64,000 nt of DNA from Octopus vulgaris (Eukaryota): contig OX597821.1 of NCBI GenBank assembly GCA_951406725.2, forward strand, positions 53,382,001-53,446,000, read 5' to 3'. A program made the position numbers and the translations under genes. Of the stretch, positions 26,024 to 38,360 are shown piece after piece; within the stretch, counting starts at the first letter, position 1, and every line of letters starts with the position of its first letter. The notes under the pieces are model-generated. The model saw only the letters and a list, made by a program, of their open reading frames with translations, was not told where the DNA came from and did not search any database.

Positions 26024-28198
26024 AGCTATATTTCGTGATAAATGTCTGTTGATTTCTTCTAATTATATATAAGTTAAGAATGTTAATTGTTTTTCGCCCT
26101 GCGTAGCGGCAAATGCTTCCTGTACTTCAGTCAATAAATGAGAAGACGGGTATAGGAATATTTCCCATTATCTACCGATGTAAAAAGATGTATGTATTTA
26201 CATAACAATCGACTTATTTTATCGCTATCTTTATTGACGTGTTCAAGATTTTTTTTTTTTAGTCTTTCACGTTTCACACACTTAAAATATCATAGCAGGT
26301 TTCGTGAAAAGTGAGGCAAAAGGTTCATTTACCGTAATATTTCCATTTTATATAGTTATTTCTTTTAAGCCGTTATTGTATATTTCAATGTTGTTGTTAT
26401 ACTATCAATATTCTAAGTTAACGCAGGATAATAAATATTCGGGATGGGACGCAATTTATATTCAGTTAGATGATTGAGTAATTTTTCTTCACTAGATCGA
26501 AGGGTGCTGTGTATATTAGAACTACACAAGCGGTATATTTGACGTATTTTCATGTGTTGTTTTCCATCTGGTCTAGTGCTTGTCCCGGGCCAAGAAGCAA
26601 AGACGTGTTGGTGTTGTTCCAAATTTAACAATAAGCATGGCAGTTATTTCCTGAGAGTTTTCTGAATATTGATTCTAAGTTTTCATTATGACAAAGTTGG
26701 GGGAATAAATTCTAGCGTGATATTAGATTTGTAGAATCACAAATCTTTCCAGTGTTATTCAGAGTTAACAATGATATATGTCACAAACCAAAATTGTATC
26801 GATTGATAGGAACACATTATAGAATGACAAATAATTCAGTATACGAGAGGGTACGCGAAACTAACTGTATTCATCTTCTGTGGGACAAGCTCTCTGTAGT
26901 TCAGGCTTCCGCCGCTAGAAGCCACTTATGCAGCCCTCAGACGTCAGTCTGCCGACCGGTGTCATTCCTTCGGGGTATCCTGCTGTCATGTAGTGCGTCT
27001 TTATTTTGTAGTGCTTCCCTGTTCGTCGATTTTTGCGATGGCTAAAACGAAAGAACGGCATGCTTCCGTGAAATTCTGCGTTATGCCTTGGATAACAGCA
27101 GCCAAAGCAGTTGCCATCATTCCAACAACTTAGAAGGACACTGCTATGAACAAAACACAAGTTATGAATGGTTTTCATGCTTTAGGAATGGTCACTTGTC
27201 GCTTGAAAAACAACTTCGTTGAGGACGACCATCGAACTCTCGAACGAATGAAAACTTGAAAATTCATGAACCGAATAGTTGACGAACATGTTGATATAAT
27301 ATGACTTCCGTTATATCAACATGACCGAGGAATTGCGAATGAAATGAGTTGCTGCAAAAATTGTAGTTCGCTTGCTCACGGAAGATCAAAAACAGACACG
27401 ACTGAATGCCTGTCGTAAGCTGAAAGAATAACTGGAATTTGCTACGGACATTTTTTCGAAGGTCATCGCTGGTGATGAAAGGTGGTACTACAAAATTTGC
27501 AGATGTGGACGAAGGCGTTAAAAAGCATCACTTTGCAAGAGTTTCGAATAATGGAAATAGCGCCTGGACCGATGCTTTGCTTCAAATGGAGAATATTTGG
27601 GGAGGACGGGGGGGGGGGGATAAAAGTATAATCATGTAAATCTAAATGAATAAAATAATATTCCAAAACCCCGTTTTCTTTTGGGTAACCCCTCCTTCAT
27701 TCCTGAACAAAATAAGAGACCAAAAGAAGGGCTTCTCAGAAAAAAAGAAACAAGAAAATATGTTAAACATTCCGTATGTGTTGCTATAATACACACAGCA
27801 ACCTTCCATCTAATGAAGAAGAATTACACAAGCATCTAGCTGAAGAGAAATTGTGTGTCCCACCTTGAATATTTATCAATATCTTGCGTTAACTTAGAAT
27901 CTATTAAATCAATATTGATAGAATAACAGCAAGATTGAATTATACAACAATAGTTCAGAGAATAATTATATACAATGGCAAAGTCACAGTAAATGAACCT
28001 TTTGTCTCAATTGTCACGAAATATGCTATGATATTTTAAGTTTCAGTAAAACGTCCATATTCCTACACCCATCTTCTCGTTTATTCAGTGAAGTATAGGA
28101 AGCTTTTGCTGCTATGATAGGCTAGAAGCCGTTAACATTCTTAACCTATATTCTAATTAGAAGAATTCAATGGATATTTATCACGAAATATTATAGCT
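26024..28198. repeat. Long diverged inverted repeat (arms ~26024-26551 and ~27755-28198); foldback/MITE-like element or inverted duplication
   Basis: Colinear reverse-complement blocks, e.g. 'atttcgtgataaat'/'atttatcacgaaat', 'aaaaggttcatttac'/'gtaaatgaacctttt', 'ttctaagttaacgca'/'tgcgttaacttagaa'. Confidence 0.85.
26842..27695 (+). mobile_element. Internally deleted mariner-family DNA transposon (transposase pseudogene from ATG 27038)
   Basis: 'ERHASVKFC..AMNKTQV-EWF..F.NG..SLE...R.GRPS', 'RLLTEDQKQTR..C..SKVIAGDE' and C-terminal 'WK.RLDRCFASNGEY'. Degenerate TIRs (TA)cgagagggtacgcgaaa / ttttgggtaacccctcc. Confidence 0.9.
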
Positions 28199-28489
28199 AC
28201 TCTATCGTGGGAATTTTACGATATTTCGTGTCTCAATAGTGAATTATGTAACATTCACTGAAACTTTAACAGTGCTCATTTGAATATTTAGTTGATTGCC
28301 GATGTTAAAGGTGTCTGTATAACCTACTGTCGTTATTCACGAATATTTTAGCGATAAATACAAAGTTGAACTCGGTATCATACGTATCTAGTTATACATA
28401 CAGAAACTCAACCATCGCTCTCATATGAACACACGCATGCTAAGAAATACATAGATACAGTGAAGCCGACTGAAAGGAAACGGTTAGTT

Positions 28490-28600
28490 TGTTGGAATCA
28501 TAATCAGAAGGTCATAAGTTCCATCCCTGTCGAGGCGGATTGATGTGCGCTTTATTGAGACACAATTTCACGTTGCTCTACGCTATTCATCTGAAATTCA
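28490..28600 (+). mobile_element. Old SINE family D-like remnant
   Basis: 'cataatcagaaggtcataagttccatccc...atttcacgttgctct..attcatctg'. Confidence 0.5.
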
Positions 28601-28744
28601 GTAACAACCGAATCCTATTGAAGCACTATCACTCACCAGTTGTTAAGCTGTAGATTGTGAAGGCTGAAATAATGCTTGTTTCTTCTCGTGAATATATAGG
28701 GAAGAAAAAGAATTAGCTGATACTAGCGATTCACAGCCAACAAT

Positions 28745-28776
<32 letters not shown>

Positions 28777-29233
28777 CAAAATATCAAAATATAAAGTTAT
28801 ATCTTGAGTGACAACAACGCTCAAGATATACAACGGACTGGAAATAGAAGTGCTCTAATGAGCTGTATACCCTGTTTTTATCCGAGGGGGGCAGGAATAC
28901 GAGCAACAGCCACATGAACATCACAAAATCTACCGAAAGACCAAGCACATACATATCTTCATATACTCATTTATATCTATAAAGCCCGACATCTAAAAAT
29001 TTAAAAATTTTAGTAATATATAAATATATCATTAAAAATATAATTTTGCATATAACACCTTAAAACATTTAGTATAAATTTGTTCCAATAAGAGAAATAA
29101 GTATAATGATAAATAAAAATAAAGCATACAATTGCATATTAAAAGACGAATTAAAATTCTAGCGAAATGTCCATAGAAGATAATAATTATACACGTTTAC
29201 AAAAATATAAGTTTACAAAGATACACAGAAGTC

Positions 29234-29315
29234 CATCTACGGGCCGTTTCGGAGATGCGCCAATTAATATTAGACATACCATATACTTAAAATTGGCACT
29301 TTCCTCATCAGGATG
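29234..29315 (-). ncRNA. Type-I hammerhead ribozyme with canonical core and extended stem II
   Basis: CAUC-CUGAUGA-GGA-AA-GUGCCAAUU...AAUUGGCGC-AUC-UCC-GAA-ACG-GCC-CGU-A-GAUG. All three stems close. GUA triplet, predicted cleavage at 29238/29237. Confidence 0.85.
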
Positions 29316-30017
29316 TCCTATACATACAACACATAGTAAACGTGAACAGATATCTATACAATATGTTGAAATGAAATCTATTTTTAAAAGAAAAATAATA
29401 ATTACGCTACAGTTAAATTAAAATATATTTCTCATTTCATATCCGCTCCCATAAATACTTTCTCATGTACTCAGCTCCTCTCTTAGTCTCTAGCATTCAT
29501 TATATCTCACTGTATATATGTGTAGGCTCCTTTCCCTCATTGGCTACAATCAACGATTGTCTGTGGCCTCACCTGTACATTCAGTGTTGATTTTTTCTAT
29601 ATTTCTATTTACCGTTATGATATGTAAAGTATGTGGAATATTTCCATCCCCCACCCAAAGAACAGTCATCAATTATAACATCTAAATATACAAATATACA
29701 TATATATATACATACATATATATATATATATATATACATGCATACGTATATACATATATATCTATACATATATATATACACATATATAAATATATATATA
29801 TATACGCATATATACATATATATACGCATATATATATATATATGTATATATATATCTACACACATATATATATATATACACACATGTATATATGTGAAAT
29901 GAGAACCGTATTTTCAATTATTCAACAAACGTAAACAGTAGTTTCTTAGGACGCTGAGGCAATGTGGGGTGATATTATCTACTATATACCTATATGCAAA
30001 TATACGTAGGTAAATAT

Positions 30018-30060
<43 letters not shown>

Positions 30061-30384
30061 GTATATATAAGCACATATATATTTTAAACCCATGATTTTA
30101 GTATGCTTATTTATTGAAATAATGCTGATAGGCATATAAACTATAATTAATAACATAGTATTAGTATACATTTATTTTGTACATCTCTTAAATTTTTATT
30201 TATAATATTCAAAACCTGTAATATCAACTTACCCCAAATTTATACCATAATCTATAATATTTATTTCATTGTTAAATGGAATATAAATATATGCTACTTT
30301 TATACCATTACAACCATTTATAGTTAACGTTTTGTTTGCTGTAATTTACCTAATAACGCTCTTTAATCTAAAAAACTCCACATA

Positions 30385-30583
30385 TACTAGGTTGAGGGAA
30401 AAGTTCGTGCGCCGTGTTAAAACGATACTGGTCTATTTACGTTTCTGTAACTTAGTGCTCGATGAAAGAGACAGCCAGAATAAATACTAGGCGTACAAAC
30501 AATAAACCCCGGGTTGGATTGTTGGACTAAAGGCCGTGCTTTAGTATAGCCGCTGTCAAATGACTGAAACAAATGAAAGAAAA

Positions 30584-30585
<2 letters not shown>
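30385..30585 (+). mobile_element. SINE family C, 3' part, diverged
   Basis: 'tttacgttt..aacttag..gaaagagac..ataaatactagg..gactaaaggc..gtcaaatgactgaaacaa'. Confidence 0.7.
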
Positions 30586-30642
<57 letters not shown>

Positions 30643-32807
30643 CATACATACATACATACACACACACAAGTGTTTATATGTTTGTCTACATCTTTACCTA
30701 CTAATTTCGTTTTAATACCGACCTTAGAATTAAATATCATAATTTTCTGTCGTCTACGTTTACTACTTAGCAATTAATGGGGTTAAATAAATAATTATAT
30801 TTCATATATATACATTCACCTGATTAATGGAATTACATATTATTTCATAATGTACGATATATAATTATCTAAACAATTATCTACTTTATGGAAAAGTTGC
30901 TTTATCGATTAACTATTTCACCAGCAATATGAATCCTTTAAAAACCAGCCTAATATGGTGTATGTGTAGGCCATGCTTCTTATATATGTCTGTTTGGCAC
31001 TTTAAAGATGACGAGTAATCCTACTTCATATAAGATTTTCTTTAATATGTTCATGTATTATAAGTAAACAATTCCCAATGATGTTCAGTACATCTTTTGA
31101 AATGTCCTTATTTTGATTATAGCTATGATAACAGCATAGGATCAATACTTATAATCGTGTCAATAATCAAATGATATTTTTCATATTTCTATTCATAGAT
31201 ATTAATTTCTCCTTTGCCCTTCTCTGTGTCTCTTGCTGTCATGGCATTTCAAATAGTAGATTGAGAATTTATGACCTAGGACGAGGGTATTGCTATTGTG
31301 ATTACCATTAATTGAAAAGAGTGAAAAATAATAATTTTCTCTTTAATCTAATATTGCCCATATTTACCAACTGTTGGTCTATTATGAGTTTCTTTTTTTT
31401 ATGGGTATGGGAATATAAATGAATATTTAGATACGAAAAATATATTAATATTATAGGATACGCAAAAGAAAAGTTCCCCACCGTTTATTAAGGCAAAGTT
31501 AATAAAAATCTTGATAAGTAGGAAAGATAAAAAATAAAGTTAATGAAATATGTAAAATACTAAAATTACGGGAAAAAAGCACCTAAAATACACACAGAAT
31601 AACACAGAATAGAAATCAATAATTGGTAAGGAAATATCATAAGTATAGGCAATATGTTAAGTATTTCTTCTATATTTCCATTTTCCTGCATATCAGTATA
31701 TTCTACAGATGAGTATGATTATAAATTCTTTCAATTTACAGAGAGTAAATACATTTATGATTGATTCATTTTTCTGCCGAAATGCTCACACACGACCAAT
31801 AAGGAAAACATTTCTATTTGAAGGTTCTCATTATATTTTTATTATATTTTTATCACTTTCAAATTCGATTTCGTCTTCACTGACAAGAGACTAAAGATTA
31901 AATTAACTGAGTCTCAAAGGAATCAGGAATCAGCTGAATGAACAAACATTGAATAACCTTAAATCTAATTAATTTGGGCTGAAATTTTTTACGCATCAAC
32001 TCCTCTAAAAATAATAAATTGAAGATATTTTCTATGCTATTTTTCTACCAAGAAATTCTGATTATTTTCGCGTTTCACCCAATTGAACATACAAGCGTAA
32101 AGTAAATCCTATATACATATACAAATACATGCAAACGTCCGTATGTATATACATGCACATAAACGCACACACACGCACATAAACATGAACGCACTCACAC
32201 ACAGACACACACCAGGCATTCATGAACATACACCCACACACACGTACATACAGACACTTATTGTTCATGTCATGTCCACGACCGGATAAACTATTTGATA
32301 AATAAACAACAAAAATACACGTTCTTAGTTACCATAGAACTAAGTGTCGTCCTTTTACGGTGTTCCATTGATTCAACATTAGTATATTACTCAAGATTAC
32401 AAAGAATAGCGATATGTTTACAGTAGAGGAAGAAAATCTTTGGGATATTTATTTTTATGTCAGCTGACGAAGCTTTCCACTTCTCTGATCAGATGTATTT
32501 GTCTGTATTCTGAGTCAGAGGGACTAAAGGGCTTACAGTGATGCAAGAACATATTCATTAAAGTGTTTACTTAACTGGTTAGAGCAAACTACTCGGCTTT
32601 TAACTTAATTTAGCTATGCCATACTGATTAATTGAATGCATGTATGTGCACGCACACATACACACACACACACACACAGACAGACACACACTCGCTCACT
32701 CAAAAGTTTATAATGTTTTTCTTTATTTGTTCCAGATTCATTTTACAACTTTTCATACATCTAATACTGTGAAAGATTTCTGAAATTGTTAACTGCTTAA
32801 TATATTC

Positions 32808-32978
32808 TTTTCTACTCTAAGCACAAGGCCCGAAATTTTAGGGGAGGGCCCCAGTCGATTAGATCGACCCCAGTGCTTAATTTATCGACCCCGAAAGGAT
32901 GAAAGGCAAAGTCCATTTCGGCAGAATTTGAACTCAGGATTTCGTCCGGCGTGCTAAAGTTTCTGCCTGCTCGCCGCC
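32808..32978 (-). mobile_element. SINE family B, internally deleted
   Basis: Matches 17898-18451. Confidence 0.85.
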
Positions 32979-33003
32979 TGAAATACTTTATTATTTGCAT
33001 AAA

Positions 33004-33202
33004 GGCGGCAAGCTGGCAGAATCGTTGAAACGCAGGCGAAAAACTTATAAGTATTTCTGCCGAGGTCGACTTTGCCCTTCATCTTTTCGGGACCGATTAA
33101 ATAAGTACCAGTTACGCACTGGGATCGATGTACTCGACTTAATCCCTTGGTCTGTCCTTGTTTGTCTCCTCTATGTTTAGCCCCCTGTGGTCAATAAAGA
33201 AA
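33004..33202 (+). mobile_element. SINE family B, head-to-head with the previous copy
   Basis: 'ggcggcaagctggcagaatcgtt...cgaggtcgactttgcccttcatc...aataagtaccagttacgcactggg'. Confidence 0.85.
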
Positions 33203-33683
33203 TTAATATATTGTTTGCAAAAATGTTGGATTTAGCAGGATAACTTTGAATGATATTACTATATAGATTGTGTATTCGTGGTACATTACCTATGATTTAT
33301 AACATATTAAGTGGAACAAAGTTGTCGCAATATCTTATATTCTAAGGAGACGATGATGCGAATGAAAAGTACCTTCAAACAGCGAATCAGTTTCACATGA
33401 GTTTTTATTGGCCTTACATGTTATTGGATGAATCGTTTTGTTTCCCGTTTCAAGTGGCATGATCTCCACGCTATAAATTCAATCACCGTTTACCTAATTT
33501 ATAATGTACGTCCAATGTATTCCTATTCATATATAACATTTTGCTTTCTTGTGTTTGGAAAAATAATCGCCGTTTCCTTCACACTGGCTTCTTCTAGGAG
33601 CTTCTAACTATATTTCCCAAAAGGTTTTTCTAATCTTTTTCAGGGAACATATTCTGTGTTTCAATATCAACGACACTGTATAA

Positions 33684-33900
33684 AGCAGCGAACTAACAGA
33701 ATGGTTAGCACGTCGGGCAAAATGCATAGCAGCATTTCTTCTGCCTTTCAGTTCTAAGTTAAAATTCCGCCGAGGCCGACTTTACCGTTCATCCCCTTCG
33801 GGATCGATAAAATAAGTACCAGTTGAACATTGGGTGTCAATGTAATTGAATTATTCCCTTCCTTCGATATTGTTGGCCTTGTGCCAAATTTTGAAACCAA
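33684..33900 (+). mobile_element. SINE family B, near full length
   Basis: Head, 'aaattccgccgaggccgacttt' core and 'ggccttgtgccaaattttgaaa' tail. Confidence 0.85.
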
Positions 33901-34636
33901 CATTAATGCACATTGTCTCTCAATGAACTTATACCTTATGTCAACCAGCTTCTTGTTTCATATCTATAAATCTAATCACTACAAGTTGAAATCTTTCTAC
34001 ATAATCTCTTCCTTCCTTAAAATCACTTCCTTCCTTAAAATCTTAGGTTCATTTCTTGTGAATGACAAATCCTTATACAGCTAGATACTAGGCCCAAATC
34101 TCTGAAATCACATATAATTTCGAATATCAACAATCTATGTAACTAATCAGTTAAAATCCTTAATGTTTTGTATGGGGAAATGGATCCTGGATTACTTTCT
34201 GTCAACAGAATTACTGCGTATCAGGCTTTCATCTAGTGAAACGTATGTTACAATTGATTTTCTGGAAGGCTTGCTATAAAATTGATTATATAGATTCCTT
34301 TACTCTTTTATTCTTTTACTTGTTTCTGTCATTCGACTGCTGCTATGCTGAAACACGTGTGCTAGATGATCACTACGTTGTTTGAAACATGTTTACAGGA
34401 CAGATTTATCGTTTCTGCAGCATTAAAAAGCCCCAAATTCCATACTAAGTGCTCCAGTGAATTGTGTAGTGGGATATAATTCATTGTTCATGTATCAGTC
34501 ATGCTGAAAGGCAGTTATTGGATAAAATCTGTAAAGTCTCGAAGAGGCTGTGTAAAGTGTTTGCTTTTAAACTCAATGGATGTCAACATCTTTCATTCAT
34601 TAGAGATCAGCAAATATACTATCAATCAAGTGCGGC

Positions 34637-34689
<53 letters not shown>

Positions 34690-35084
34690 TCTTCTCTCTA
34701 TCTATCTACATAAAATACTCTTATGAGTTCCAAGAAAGACATTGGTCCTACACAAAAGGGATTGCTACATCTTGGAAGCTAATCTATCGGAAAATATTAA
34801 TACCTTTCGTATGCCCATTTGCTAGTAGTAAGATGTGTAACTTAGAATTGACATATATCCAAGATCTTGCAAAGAATGCTTTCTGTTCTTCATGTTCAGT
34901 TTCTACACTAGTTACATCAGCTAATTTCACCGTCTGTCAAGCCATACTCTAGGGATGACATTGTGTTTACTCACAACACACGCGCACTTTCGTTTTGGGA
35001 TTAACAGTACTTTATTATGTACCCTTCTTCCTAGCTCTCCTGTCAAGCTATTTTTTCACAACCAGTCGGCATGATTGATCGCTA

Positions 35085-35233
35085 GAGCCACAAGATTTTT
35101 GTTTATTCTCCCTCTGTGTATTTCCTCATATTCCTTTCTACTGAAGAGCGTAGGCTCGAAACGTAAAAGACCTTCTGACTTGCCCGAGCGTCAAACTAAT
35201 ACACCTGCTTGTTCATACACCTGCATGTTGTTC
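35085..35233 (+). mobile_element. Family A-related pLTR-like repeat with a hammerhead-like motif (35134-35169)
   Basis: CUUU-CUACUGA-A-GAGC-GUAG-GCUC-GAAAC-GU-A-AAAG. The downstream 'gagcgtcaaactaatac..ttgttc' resembles the family A tail. Confidence 0.65.
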
Positions 35234-35239
35234 ATATAT

Positions 35240-35372
35240 ATACAGAAAAGCCTGATAGATTACGTTTCAGGTTTAAATATAAGACCTGGAGTCGATTTCT
35301 TCGTCTAAAACCCTTCCGGTCGGTACTCCAGCTTTACCGCTGTCAAATGACTGAGGCAAGATAAAGGATAAC
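35240..35372 (+). mobile_element. SINE family C, 3' fragment
   Basis: 'gagtcgatttcttcgtctaaaacccttc..ctccagc..ccgctgtcaaatgactgag'. Confidence 0.65.
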
Positions 35373-35379
35373 ATATATA

Positions 35380-36286
35380 TCTTTTATCTTTTACCTTTTA
35401 CCGGTTTCAGTCGTTAGAAAGCGGCCATGGCGTGGCACTCCCTTCATTTTTTAGTCGACTGAATCGATCCCAGTACTTATTTTATCGAGCTCTTTTTCCG
35501 AACTACTAATTTACGCAGACGTAAACGCACCAACACCGGTTATTAAGTGGTGATGAACTACAAACACAGACATACAGGGTCACACACACACACATAAATC
35601 AAATGTAGAACAGAAAAAACACAACGAAGAGAAACCGGCAAAACAACATGCGGAACAAAGAACGATAGCACGACAACGGTAAACAGGACAAAACATGATA
35701 CACGGATCATTCGCAGCCAATTGCCTTTTCAGTCGGAGTCCGGAATGTCCATGTAGTTTCGCCCACTTTTCTCCGATAATACTCGAAACCGGCTGGGCCA
35801 GGGACTTAAGCTAAAAGCATTAGGCCCCTGAGCAAGGCAAACGAATGTACATATACGGTAACAAATAAGTAAACAATAGAAAGGGTTTTTCGTTTATCGG
35901 ACGAACGTAACTTATGAAATAGAATTATACATATACAATGGACAAAGGCCTTTCGGCTATAGAGCAAAAGGAAAATAATTATACATTTACAACAACAATA
36001 AAACAAAACAAACAAGGTCTTTCGACTATCAGACGAGTGTAGTAAGTTAGCGCAAAGAAAATGGAAATGAAAAATCTTAACCTGATCGGGAGGAAGGACA
36101 AAACAGAACAGACGCGACATATATACGACAGGTTTCTTTCAGTTTCCGTCTTTCAAATTCACTCACAAGGCTTTGGTTGGCCCAGTGCTATAGAAGAAGG
36201 TACTTGCCCAAGGTAACATGCAATGGGACTGAACTCGGAACTATCTGGTCGGGAAGCAAGCTTCTGCCGCACAGCCATTCCTGCGT
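35380..36286 (-). mobile_element. SINE family C split by a ~520-bp insertion (3' part 35380-35596, 5' part 36118-36286)
   Basis: Both halves are colinear with 13701-14090. The break lies in the internal CA microsatellite. Confidence 0.85.
35597..36117 (-). mobile_element. Non-coding element X1 with a conserved structured core (35708-35847)
   Basis: Nested in a SINE. Shares ordered motifs and helices with 52440-52850. Confidence 0.65.
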
Positions 36287-37914
36287 CGAGACCACTCCTA
36301 TACCTTCACCGATAGTAAAATGACAGTCACTGTACTTGGGGTTATAATTCGAGAAATTCATTACCTTTTGCAGCCACTTCATTACCATCCTAACTCCTCC
36401 CTCCTACTCTTATTATCTAACGACTCTGGCCAACAGTGGTGGTCAGCATGAGATGAAACTATCTAATGTCTGTTATTTTTATTTGTTCTTCTATCTGAAT
36501 GTGTGAGTCTATATTCGTGTGTCTGTGTTTGTACGTGTATCTCTTTCGCTGAACATGTTCTCACTATACTGACTGCTCTCTATCTACTCTCATGCATCTT
36601 CCATTATATCTTTCCTTCCCACTGTGGTATATTATTCCTGGTCAATCTTAATTTACTCTGTTCAACAGTAGCACTAGTAACTTCCATTACCCTTTCCCAT
36701 GGATTATCATCGAATCTTCATCTCTGGATCTGCTAATGGACTTTACCTATAACTTTATCTCTTTGATCATGGAACTAACAAACGCATATACTTTTCATTC
36801 TGATCCTTCTTTTATTTCTCAACGAACTGGAAATTACTAATATCCACAATTGGGGGCGGGATATCCTGCATTTTTCCATTTTCTGACTTAAAGATATACA
36901 GGTATTTATCACACATGTATGTATCTATGCATGTATGTATGCATATCTGCAAATATGTGCACACATCATAGATTCGCTTCGTATCGCAATATAGCTGTTA
37001 CATATATTCATCCAGTATATACTACTCTGATGCTAGCCGATATACGCATATACTTATTTTACATATTTCCATTAGAAATATTCGTTTAACATTCCTGTAC
37101 TGTCATTAAACTGTAGTGTACTGTTTCTGCCGATCTGACATCAATGTGCAATAATCGTTCGCATCATATCCGTTTAAGTTATCATTAAATTAACGCAACG
37201 CTACTTGAATGAACGTTTTGGATTGCATAAATTTATTCCTTGCAACGTTTACAACGGAGATTGGGAAACTAATTATAGTTAATGTAATAGAGAATATTAC
37301 TAAACATGGATTTATTTGAAATTGGTTTCAGCCAGATTTCTTAAACTTACACACCACCACATACACATGCACGCAGACACACACGTTCATTTTCGCTCTA
37401 TTCTCCCTCTTTCTCCCCCTCTCTCTCTCAAACACATTCGCAGAAGCATATACACACATTTATGTACGTGGAAATGCTGTTCAGCACTGATATTCTGAAC
37501 TTATTAAGAAACCAAAATTAAACACATTCCGTTATTAATGTTGCTAGTAAATTAATTAAATATCATTTAGTCATCTAATTATTTTAGACTTGTTGTTCTT
37601 CATGAAATAATATCGAAGGTTTCAAAACTAAAAACAAAGGTAAAATCAATACAATAAGCCTAAGCATAATGTTTTCATCTCCCGATCGTCTATACTCGCA
37701 AGTCTGTTAGTCCACTCAATGTTGCCAGGTGTGTTTTACTATAATTTATATCGATTACACATTTTATCTTCATTCAAGTCAATAATTCGCATGTGGCATC
37801 AATGAACCGAAGGTCAATAACTAATAAAGGGGCATATTTCTGTGTTACACTCAGAGCAGAACTAAAAAAATTAATTATTTCTCTGTCAAAAAATGCGAAA
37901 GCTAATTATCTTCT

Positions 37915-37919
<5 letters not shown>

Positions 37920-37999
<80 letters not shown>

Positions 38000-38007
38000 T
38001 CTCTCTC
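37920..38007. repeat. (CT)n microsatellite
   Basis: Seen directly. Confidence 0.95.
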
Positions 38008-38171
38008 ACAAGTGTTCTGCATTTCGATTAATTAAAAACACTATGCCCTACATTTAATCAGATTGATTAATGAATACCATTACCTAATCCAGTATATTGG
38101 TGTTATCTTTACATTTGTACTTATATCCTAGGTGTCACATTTCATATTTTCTAATTAGAATTCATATCATT

Positions 38172-38219
<48 letters not shown>

Positions 38220-38302
38220 TTCTCTGGTTTCATTCCTTCGAACCGTAGCCATGACAATATTTGCATTCATTTAGAATGTTTCGCAACTTGTTCTTTCTCG
38301 AG

Positions 38303-38360
38303 CCACGCCTGGCTCATAAGGGCCGGTTTCCCGGTTTCCTTGGCGTATATGTTCCCCGCC
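38303..38360 (-). mobile_element. SINE family D, 3' terminal fragment
   Basis: 'gcctggctcat..ggccggtttcccggtttccttggcgtatatgttcccc'. Confidence 0.65.

Noticed and set aside
28850-28915. CTAATGA-GCTGT...ACAGC hairpin as a hammerhead or HDV-like ribozyme
   Set aside because: No GAAA follows the stem. On the other strand the P1.1/P3/P2 elements of HDV are missing.
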